The position numbers were made by a program, and so were the translations under genes. 64,000 nucleotides of DNA from Lingula anatina (Eukaryota; Animalia; Brachiopoda), in contig CM120643.1 in NCBI GenBank assembly GCA_051362555.1, positions 17,798,848-17,862,847 on the forward strand. Reading direction: 5' to 3'. How positions within the stretch are numbered: the stretch's first letter is position 1; the number at the start of each line of letters is the position of its first letter. Shown piece by piece: positions 26,201 to 38,200 of this stretch. The notes under the pieces were generated by a model that saw nothing but the letters and a program-made list of their open reading frames with translations, searched no databases and was not told the DNA's origin.

Positions 26201-29200
26201 AACGGACGCATGAAGTCAAACCTCACTTCTATTTGTTTTTGGATTGACTGGCCCTGGTAGTATTTACGGATAGAGGGAGACCGGGTTGGTGGCTGCAGAT
26301 CGATGTAGCCGCCATTCCGTGCATAAGCTGTCAGTTGTACCCTAAAATACGAAAGGAATGGTTAAATGATCTTCAGGAGCGTGTCATTTACTGGAACATA
26401 CCTAGTGCCTTCAGGTACTTTGACATCAGATTTTTACCAACTTTTCTTCATGTGCAACTGATCAAAACCTTGTATTTTGGCAAAATACAAACGGGAAGAA
26501 AAATCGCCTTCTCCATTTTTGAGCACAAGTTTGACATCCTTGGAATTGAACCAAATATCTTCAAAAATACCACAGTCCACTAAATTAAATTACAATGCCA
26601 AACGTACCGTACCAGTGACAGGAAGAGCATTGTGTTTTCCAATACATATAACCTATCTGGCAGGGAAAACCTATTGCTCTGAAAGTTCTATATTCCTTAT
26701 TTGTTAGAAAGAACATACACTGTATATGGTACAGTTACCTCAAAAGATACCCTAACATATTAGAAAAAGCTTTATGTGGTGATCTGACAAAATAAGTCCA
26801 ATTACCTAAAAGTACATGTACTATAGGAGTTGTTGCCACTAATATACTGTTAAAATAACCCTACTTGCCTGTCGCTGTCGTGGAAAGTCCAGCTTACATG
26901 CTGATATCCGTAGCAGTTTAAGTGCTGAATAGGCTTGTCTGGACTTGGGTTTGTTTGGCAGGTCAGGTTTCCTCTCAGAAGTTCGTAATATCCTGCAAAA
27001 ACACAAAGATTTCAGTTAAATATCATAGGACCTATAATACATCAAATTTTCGTGGTCAAATATTTTTTCTCGATTTGGCAAACCTGTCGAAAGTACGTGA
27101 TATCATGGTATTCCCACATTATCTGGCACCAAGAATCACTCCGATCTGGGTTCCAGTTGATCATACTAAGCAAAGCTTTAAAATCCAAAACGATTGGATT
27201 ATCACGAACAACAGGTCAAAAAATCAGTCTCGCCTCTGACAATGGAGAATTTCATTCCAGCCTCGACAATACCGACATCTACCGACGGAATGTAGGCAGG
27301 TGGCCGTGGTAGAGGGTGGTTATAGGTTATGGTCCAATTCATTACGCCACCCTGGGCCTTCTTCAGACTAGTGAACCCCAGCGCTATGGTATCAGACACA
27401 TCGTTGAATTCTATAACTGCTCTGCTTTGGCCGTACACGACAGATATCTCTCCTTCAATAAGTATTGGCTTCTCTGTAACTGAGAGAAGTAAAAGATGGC
27501 ATAAACATCTTTTAGACCAAATAACATACAATATTAAAATTGAACTACTGAACTGCAAATTATAATAATATATTGAAATGGATTCACAATTGAAACTTAT
27601 AGACTTTAATACAAAAGCACATATTACAATATTAAGCTGCCATCTTTTTTTCTGCAAATTTAGGTTAGAATTAAGACAAACTATTTTTGGACCCGCTAAA
27701 TAAATAAATAAATAAAACATACTAGTAAGACAGTACTCTCCAGTAAATCCCTTCTCGCAAGTGCAGTTGTTAAGTCCACATTTTCCAGGATAACAATGGG
27801 TTCCGTCAATTTGCCAAGATGTGGAGCATTCCTCTGCAACAAGAAGATAGATAGAAATAGAAAAGTAGTGGCTATGCAAATAATGTTTTAATCAATTTCA
27901 TCAAAATATTTCTATATGTCTGATGAAATAGAAATTTATTGCACAATTGATGAAATCCTCGCGACTTTACCGTATATTATGTTACTACCTTTAATGGTCA
28001 CTACTGAGTAAGGCATGAGATGGAATATCGGATGAAATACCTGAAATTTGACTATTTAACTCCGATATCTTACCTTTGGAGAACTGGTTTGACGCAATAC
28101 TCTGGAATACCAGAAAATGAACTTTGTATACGATATAATTTGATATAATTACAAACATCTTACAGTAATCTCGTTGTTAGATATGCGTTCTATGTTAAGG
28201 CTTTCTTTTCTATTTTTCATCAAAGGGTATAAAGCTTATACAGCAATAGGCATATGTTTCTGTCTGGTATTAAATTTGACAAAATCATTATTATTTTTGT
28301 AACATATTATGTATATTTTAATATATAAAAATACTCACAAAAAGTTGGTATGTGGCATTCAACATGGCCTTGTTGTACACTATGACTTGGATGGACACGT
28401 CCTTCTGGGCAGCACTCATACGCCGTGGATCGGGCTTCATGTTAACGACTATAGCTTTGCACGTGGCCGATGGCAGACAGACACATGTTGGCGCACTGCA
28501 GTGGTTCTGCAACAAAACCCTTTATTTTCAAATGTCAGATTCCTCGTTTCTGAAAGTTCGTATGAAGGTCATAGTTCACGTTTTAAAAGTACCTTCTGTT
28601 ATATATGTTTGTATTGAACACGGTATGAATACCAATATTGATAGAAACATTGCATGTGTCAGAGGCATTAACCAATAGAAGTCAAATACAGTTGAACATG
28701 CAGAACTTGTTATTGGAGCGTCAAGGTCAGTGTATTACCTATTTGACATTTAAGTAGATATATGTTTGCTGTTTTAGATGACAGTGGGGAGAATGAAATG
28801 CTTTTTCTTTTGTTTAAATTACATCAAAAGAATGCTTATTCCAATTTCTTTGAAAGATTACAGAGTACGCATTCCTACTTTTTGATATTCTTTTATAAAC
28901 CTAAAATATTTATGTCAGTACAGAAGTATAAGGTGTCATCCACGATGAGGTTATTTTTTCGTGACAATTGACTTGTCGCAATGTCAAATTGGTATCAAGT
29001 ATGCGGGCGTGTAATAGGCATAGTAAAGTTAACGGAATTGCCCCTGAAAGTAAGAGTTGTTTGTTTGTGGTAGATAAGACATTCTTTTTTTTTTTTATTC
29101 TTTACATTTGATCATTTCACTTAGCTAGGAGTTGGTCTTGCTTTGACTTACATCTGTTTCAACTTGGTTGTCTTCTATTAGCTTCCCCGTGATAGCGTCA

Positions 29201-32200
29201 GTGATTCTGTACCGTACACTGTGTATACCACTCTCCTGATCGTGGGCTTTAACAGCAATACTAAAATAATATAAAAATATATAAAGATATCTACAAAATA
29301 TTCAAGTTCATGTGTTGGTGTAACAGGTAATTTTGGAAGTTTTTTTCCATGTTGACTTTAGTCCGTTTAATCATTTGGAGTAGATAAGTCAACATTTTCA
29401 TCTAAAAATCTAGAGTTAAATATTTATAATTGAAATCATAGATAAGAATAAAGGAGCAAATACTGGGTGAACCCTCAAACAAAGTCATAAATCAATGGAC
29501 ATACCTCCCAGTCTCAATGGAAGCCTGTCCTATCACTGGGGGTGTTGCATCAACACGCAGAGTGATACTAGAGACCTTGTGGTTTCCCTTCAGATCACTG
29601 GCACGAACCCAAATTTTAACTGTGTCCTGTTCTACTCGTGGTATGTCAACAGACACGTTTTCAGGGACACCGGGAACAGTTTTCCAGTTCTCTGGGGCGT
29701 CTTTGTCGACACGATATCCTGGACCATACACTTTGTAGTCCACTTCGAACTTGACAATGCCGTTGATATTGGGAACTGCTTGCTGTGGGCGAAGCCCGAA
29801 CTTTTGGTCATATGAAGGATCTGGGTTGTCTTCAAAGAGTGCAATTTCATCAAGGAATTGGTTCGCAAAATAGAATCTGTTCACAAAGTGGTCTTTCCAC
29901 GACACTGTGACAGTTGAGCCATTTTTAGATAGGGAATTGGCGCTGGAGATCCATGAGGAACGGGGTTGGTGGTTAAATGAGTCTACAGAAAGGGAGCTGT
30001 TGGCAAAAACGTCTATTGAGGAGGCAGAGTCATAGATAACAAATCGTCTGGTTTTGATGCTATTGCCGGCAGCGTCAGTAACTGTCATTACAATTGCATA
30101 AACACCTGGGTTATCAACGGTAAACTGGGCACTGTCGTCATACTGGTCAAACTTTGCACTTGCTACAGGTTCTTCAGAGAATCTGACTAGAACTTTCTGC
30201 TCCTCGCTGTACATTAGAGCATATATATCTACAGTGTATGAATCAACTCCTGCGTTCGTATCCAACCAGCCGGACCAACTGATGTTGAAATCACCCTGAA
30301 AATCGAACGGACACCACGGATACGAAATAAAGGCACAATTTTATAGTAAGGTGACATTAAATTTGTTGCAGGTGATCTTTAAAACGTGAGACACGTCTTC
30401 ATAAGATTGACATGCAAACAAAGACCACGTGTGTTAAGCCTCTCTTCTGGTCCTCAAATCAAGTTCGGTCCCTTGGTTCTAAACTGTTTACAAGAAGCTC
30501 TGTACTGGTCCTACAGCTGTAAATGTCCATTATGACGATTTAAAATGTGTTCCCCAAACGTGTCCTTGGCTGACTCTATTATGGTCTCCAATATTTGAGG
30601 TTTAAAACTTTGAGAGGCTACCAAAAAACGTACGTAAACTGAATGTTAGAAAGAAATGCATTTTAATTATTTAAAATTGTATTATATTTGCTATAATATA
30701 TTCTCATATTTTTTAAAGAACACAAAAGTTTTGCTGCGTGACTACCTTTAGGATGCTTAATACTACTACAATATTTATGGCGTTCTCTCCTTCTTGTTTT
30801 CAAGACAGTTACATTCGTGGGTGATTGTGTGCATGTCGGAGGGGGGGCTACTCACTCACTGTCAAGATCGTGCGTTCTTTATTCCGTTTCAAGCTAGTAT
30901 AAGCTCTTATTTTCATATGGACGCGTTTATTCCCGTGAATTTCCTAAATGTCCACTGGACTGTCAAGAACTATAGTGATTCAGAGCTTAAATCAGAACTT
31001 AGTCCCTTATATAGGCACAGTATAATGGATTTTTACTGCATACGTTTTATAAATCTATTAATACTGCAATTTATGTAAAGCGCTCCCTATGAAGGATAGT
31101 CTAGCTACTTTATTCTTTTACGAGTTTTGTTTTCAGAATTTTTGTTTCAATTTTCAGGATTTAGGGTTTAGGTATGGTCACTAACTACCAAAATGTAAGC
31201 GTTTTGTGCAAGTAGTAGAAATGGATTATATTATTTTCGAATCAGCGGATCTAAAATAAAGTTTATTAATAAACGCGCAATATATTCGTAATTAAAGCCT
31301 ATTTGCCTGTTTGACTGCATTTAAACTAAGACGCAACTGACCATAATGTGTGTTTGATTGACGGGGCTGTAGAGATGTGCTGCATACCTTGTTGGTATGT
31401 ATACCTAGGCCTTCACAAGCTATATATCCCATATCATTCGGATAATGTTCAAGTGATGTTTTGCTACAGGATGACAACTTAGCATCCCAATTGTATTGCT
31501 TTAGGAGCGTACAGTGAAGGGAATATCATGAAAACCCAGTGATCTGACCAAAGACATTGTGGCTATTTGATAGACTAATGGTAGAGGACAGATCCAGTAT
31601 AACTACGTAGTATAAGTATGCATACCAATGCAATTTACTGTTACACAACGCCGTACACCCTTGGGTAAAATTAAAGGCTAACATCCCCGTTTCAATTTAC
31701 CACTTCAAGGGAAAGATTCAGAACAGCGCCCTGGCCTGAATTTTGATCTTACAAACTGACCCCTGGAAACCATAAAATTTTCTTTAATGCCCGAAATCTG
31801 TGAATTTAAATACTCGATCCCCACCATTAAAAGTGCCACCGACCCTCACATTGACTGCCTCTCTTGTTATAGAGCACAATTCAAATTAATTTAAAAGAGA
31901 CAAACCTAGCTGTTATTACAGAATCGGGATTCCTTAACAAAGATTTTGTCTCGACTCCAGGGACGTCTCAATTTCTTTTTCTCCCTATATATATATATCT
32001 TATTCAGTTGAATGGTCTTTATCGCAGCATCTATATTTAAGTTCATTAAAAACCACAAATCAAACGAATTGTGTGTACGCGCCGTAATGTACATGGTCTT
32101 TGGATGGTTATTTTAAATAATCCGATGTTGATAATTTCGAATCCTATACATTATAGTAGATGTGTGTACATGGAAAGCATCAAAACAGACTAAAGGCATT

Positions 32201-35200
32201 TTTGCGTCGATCGTTATACCGTTTTATTTCCATCTCATCTGTAGCGACATTTGTTTCCAGATCAACGAAGCACCGCGCAATTATGTATATATAAATATTA
32301 TATAAGAGAACCACTAAAGAGCACCCGCACCAGACACGGGCATTTAATTTTGGTTGGTCCTTACGGGCTTGCATTCGACCGGAGGCAGAGTTGTGAATCA
32401 ATCTAGAGTACATTATTTTCCGTATATATAAAAGTTACCTTAGTCCCGCATAATGCTATCTCAAAAATTGGTCACTTTATTACCCTTTAAAACACCGCTA
32501 CAGATGTAGAAACTCCAACCCAATTATTTAAGTTTGACGTGAAAAAACTTTCAACAAAAAGTGAAAATGTGAGCCACATATATTTAGATTAATATCGGAT
32601 TAAATATACACGTTCCATTACTTTCACTGGTTTATGTCATTGTACCCTCTGACAGGAAAAGCAGTCAGCAGTTATTAAAAGTAATATGAAACATTAATAA
32701 AAACGTTATGCAAATCGTGAGCGGTTGGGATAAGTTAATTTACGTTCTCATCTTTCATATGAAAAAAATGAATATTTATTACAAGAGTTCAGGGTGGGAG
32801 GGGGAGCATAAGGGCATAGCAACTATTATGTTATGAAATAACGATTTGAAATTTAAAAAAAAGTCAAGTTGAGCCTTTCTACTGATATATTTAATCGTGT
32901 TTCGTGACTGTCTAGCTTGGTCGGTTAAGAAGATATATACCCTCCCCCCTGCCCACACTTATTTCAACCTGTAAGATTGGAAAGTCGGTAGTCTGGCTCG
33001 GGCAATAAAATTTCACTATCTCCACATTTGGTTTCTATCAAGCGCGTTCAGAGCTTCAGAGCTTAGGTCAAACATATTGCTCTTCGGGCCAGGAAATCTG
33101 GAGAGGGGGAGTAGAGGAATATGTCTTCTCAATATGGAAAGCTATATATTTTTGGTAATTTCCTTTGTAACATTTACAAACACTATAAAATACCCTTTCT
33201 CGAATTAATATCATGTTCACACATTTCTGTAAATATCCTGAATTTAAATACTAATGTTAAATGTCAGAGACTTTGATTTATGACGAGAGAGAGAGGTTAA
33301 GACATTCTGTAAATGCCCCGAACTAGAGGAGAGTGTTTTAAACTAAACACATCTTGGCAATAACCCGTAGACTAGCCTGTAGAGTGGTTTAGTTATAATG
33401 ATCGACATTATTGTTTATTTTTTTATTAATATCAAACAATTTTACTGTTTGCAGCTATACCTGTTTGGAACCTGTACTCTGCGCCATGTAATAGCAATGG
33501 TGTAAAGTAATGATATTGTAAAATCCTGCAATAAAATTTTCTTCAAATATCAAATTTTATGAGATGGTTGAATAAAACATCAGTAATAGAACAGTAATAG
33601 AATTCAGTATAATGATACTGAATTGTTGTAAAGACATGTAGGAAGCAGGGTGACCATATATGCTCGGAATTTTGTCGGAGAGGGAAATTTCTCGAGTTTG
33701 TTCACTGCACTGTGAAGCCATATTTTGTGGCCTGAGATGCCGTATCCGTTACTTCGTGACCTGACCTGTCAAAAACATGTCTGGGCGCTCTTTCGATTCT
33801 TCCACATTAATCAAGATACGGAGTATCAATTACAAGTGCCCGGGGGAGGGGGGGGGAGCATGAAGGGAACAAATAATTATAAGTAGTTTCCTTGCGACAC
33901 AAGGTTACTCTGCAATTTATATCTTTCAATTTATGCTGTGAAATAATAGCCAGCTAGTCCGTTGATCTCGCGAATCAACCAAATGACCGTTAGTCGAGTT
34001 GCTTAACTGCAAGTAATTAATCCCCTCTCCTCCCCCGAACGTCATACTGGCAGGTTTCCAAATGAAGACTATACCGCAGAAAAAGTTTGGGGCCCAAAAG
34101 AGAGTCAGCCAAGGACACGTTTGGGGAACACGTTTGAACACGTCATGATGGACATCTACAGGTGTAGGACCAGAACAGAGCCTCTGGTAAACAGTTTAGA
34201 ACCAAGGGACCGAACTTGATTTGAGGACCAGAAGAGAGGCTTAACACACGCAAACATTATTATTCTCATCATGTAATATTTATATAAATCCAATTATTTC
34301 TAACGAATGAATAGTATATTTATTGACCTTGTAACAAATCAATTCTAGTGAAAACATCTTTACCGCTTTTGCTTTAAGTCAAAAACTTACCGTGCTAGTA
34401 ATTTGGGGCTCCACCTTCATCATATCTGTAGCTTTGCAATTTCTCTGGCCAACAACATAACAGTGGAAAGGCTTAACGTAGTCAAACACAAACTGGGCTT
34501 TCAGCGGGTCGATACTGAGGCCTTTATAATACTTGGTAACAGTAGCATTGAGACCGAGAGCATACTCGTGAACCTTCATGAAACCGCCATTCTTTGCAAT
34601 TATAGTGACGTCAATCCTAAATGGTCAAACATGCGGTTATATGCTTACGAAATAATTTGGAAAAACAGGCATGAAGGCTTGCTAAGCGCCCTTGCAAGAA
34701 CAGGTCAGCCCATTAGCTAGATAATACATGAATACCACAATTTCATATACCGGTAGATATATTTACTGTCAAAATATTACAAAAATTATCATCAAAGGCA
34801 ATCAGTGACTTACAATGTATTCAGTGCCATGACAAGCAGCTTATATTTTTCAATTGGTGATAATTGTAATGTACACTTACACGTCCCCGTTCACAAAACC
34901 CCACATATACGATGCAAACTTGTCACAAAAAAGAGTACCCAGGGATGGACTATCAACATTTTGCTGTTTGCATGGTACGGTGGTATTTTGCACCACGATG
35001 GCACCGCCTGGAAATACATTGCATTACATTGCTTTATATAAATGGAATGCAATTCACCGAAATGATCATCCTTCTATACCATTATTTTTTGCATTATGCT
35101 TGTATTAGTCCGTCGGTCAATAAGTGAATAAGATATTAAAAAGTATTAAATTTTGTAAGAGTTCAGCAAAAATGGGCCGCCATCTTGGGACTTTTTGAAA

Positions 35201-38200
35201 ATGGTAAATTACTGAGAACTTCGTAGACAACACATCTGGAATAATTCTAAATATTTTCAGGATCTCAGAAATTCAAATCTTTAACTCTTGTGTTGCCATG
35301 ACAACATTTCTGGCACTGACACCCACCACCAGTTACAAGGCAAATTTTGAAAATGGTAAAATAAGGACTTAGAACCTAAGTTATCAGATAAACATTGTAA
35401 ATTAAGAAAACCCCTAAATGGAGAGACTTACGACTGTTAACCCACGGAATATATGAACAAATTACTGTTTTATAGATTAGTATATCAACTATGCTGTATA
35501 ATGTAAACGTGTTACATATCTTACTTTGCTGCTATGTGGCTTCCACCGCGTCAAAACACATATGTCTGTTAACATATTAGATATTGAACATACTCCCCTA
35601 CCTCTGGTAGACACAACTATGTTGGCTTTGGTTTCCGTCAGACCTAAAGAGAACTCCTCAATGTAGCCTGGCTTCGGAGGGAGAGCAGCGTCATATGAAA
35701 CATTCCACAAGACTTGGATGACGTTCAGATATTCCAGGTTGGTGTAGACCGTCCTAGTGCTAGTACTTGGGACGGCAGTAACAGCCTTAGAATGCAGTCT
35801 AAGATTAACCACAGCGTCGTGCACAGTAGGCTTCTTGGTGACTAAAGTGATAGTTTAAAACGCATTGGTTTACCATCTTACATGAGTATTATGCCAGTAA
35901 ATAAGGTAGAGATAAAACGCAATGTACAAAATATTGGTCCTCCTCAAACAACTTGCTCTCTTCTACATAACACACCTTAAGCCTGGGTCACACTGCGATT
36001 GAAACCTTTTGAAAACCTTTAAACAACTACAAATATGGTGGTCACTTGTGTTCAGTTTGTGAGCTGAATAAGAAGTTTTGGCATATTTTGATCGGTAACC
36101 AGTCGCAAACTGGTTGCAGCAATGTTGAGGTATTGTATCTGCAATCTCTTAAAGACCACCTTGAAATTGCAGGTTACCAGTCGCACACCATTTGCCGAGC
36201 GATGAGCAACCTAACAGCAACCACTGAAAATTGAAAACAGTCGCTGGGCTGCAGCGATCAAATGTCAACCGATCACCACAAAGTCGCACAGGTTTTCGCA
36301 CATGTATACTGCAAAAACATGAAAGAAGTAGCTTTCACATAGCCCCCCCTCTCAAAAGACAACAGACACGTTTTAGTATAATGGCACCTTCACAAAGTGT
36401 TGGCTCCCTAACTTAAATCTTGCTTTATCTTAATCCTTGAGTTATAGTTACCTACGCATTGCGTTCATTTTACAATTGTAAGAAATCTTTCTAAAGCGAT
36501 TTAATTACTCTGATATGTAACCAGCACTGTAATGATATAAATTTTCATGTAATTGTAGTGAATTGCTATCTTGCTTAAAGTCTCTGGCTCTGTGAGGCCG
36601 CAAGACTAAAACTGTTACGGTCACACTAAATAAAAAACTCTTTGAAATTTGCAAACATCAGTAATTGGATAGAAGTCAGCGACCATTTGTTTAAACTCTC
36701 AAATTGGTTCCTTAAGGTAGCCCGCTGTAACATGAAAATCCGACTCCCCTAAAATGTGACTCCCCAGTCAGATTTTCATTATGAAAATGTGACTCCCCAG
36801 TCAGATTATCATAATAAAAATGTGACTCCCCCTATGAAATTTTGACTCCCCCAAAAAAACATTCATTAATCTCATTTTATTTGAGTATATGACTGTGATC
36901 TTGTAGTATGCATAATGGAGGATACATTGGCACTTTTTTTGTAGTTTGCAGGTGAACATTTTCATGAAAAAAATTAGCAAATTAAAAATGTGCACATAAT
37001 GAAAATCTGGTTCCCCCGTGAAAATTTGACTCTCCCTCCACAAAACTTCATAAATCTCATTTCATTTGAGTATATGACTGTGATCTTGTAGTATGTAAAA
37101 TGGAGGATACATTGGCACTTTTTTGTAGTTTGCAGGTGAAAATTTTCATGAAAAAATAAGAAAATTTAAAATGTGCACACAATGAAAATCTGACTCCCCC
37201 TAATTGCAATTTACCAAGTACCACAGGTAAGGCCTGGAGCACTGAAATGCCTGTGGTCATTGCTTGATTGCAATCAACTTGAGATCACAAGGCTACCACC
37301 AAATTTGTCACAGCCCTGGCAGCTACCTACTGGGTAATAAAGGTAAACAAATGACCAAGTTTCAAGAAATCACAAACCTCTTTTTATTACAATAACAACA
37401 TTAAAAAATAAATTTAAATCTGGAAGTGTAGCTAACAACTGTATAAAACATTTCTGTGTGGTTTAAGACTATTGTATTTAGAATGAAAAGCCAGAATATT
37501 GAAATTATTATTTACCTTGAGATGACAATACAGACACATAAAAACCCACTAGACAATAGCATTAGCGCCTTCTTATGGAGGCAGACATATTTGAGTGAAG
37601 TGAAGGATAATGATCTAGTTTCTAATTGGTCAACAAGGATAAACTAGTACATAAGGAATAGGAAATGGCAAAATGAAGTGGATTCATTTTGTGTAGTGTA
37701 GGTGGGGACGTGTCAAACGTGTGGGTCACGGATGACCCACTGGGCCTTTAAGGGTTAACCCGACATGTGAATAAGCTACCACCAAGCATGTCACAGCCCT
37801 ATCACATTTGAAAGTTTGGTGGTGAAAACTTTTGTCAAAATTGAGAACGTTTTCAAAGGCATTCATCTTACTACCTGTAGGATTTGGATTTACATTTGCT
37901 ACATATTTCATTTTTAGCATTAGAAAATTTCAGTGCTCCAGGTCCTACCTGTGGCATTGGTTAAAAGAAAAAATATTCAAATATTAAATATAAACAATTG
38001 ATTTGTAAGTTGGGTCGTCAAAGTCCTATGGGCGCAAGAATGCATACTTATTTTCCTTTTTGCTTAATTAATCCCCTTTTTTCATTCAGCTTTGGGTAAA
38101 ATAATGGGAAAACAACAGCAAGTGTTTAGTTGGGTATGCTATATAAGACGAATTAAATCAAAAGGCGATGGGGCCAATTTCTTGAGTTAAAAATGTAGCG

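Noticed and set aside
35521-35568. Possible extra exon [14 protein letters not shown] in the secreted gene
   Set aside because: It would need an intron of about 30 nt and ends in phase 0, incompatible with the phase-1 acceptor at 35007; it has no counterpart in module 2.
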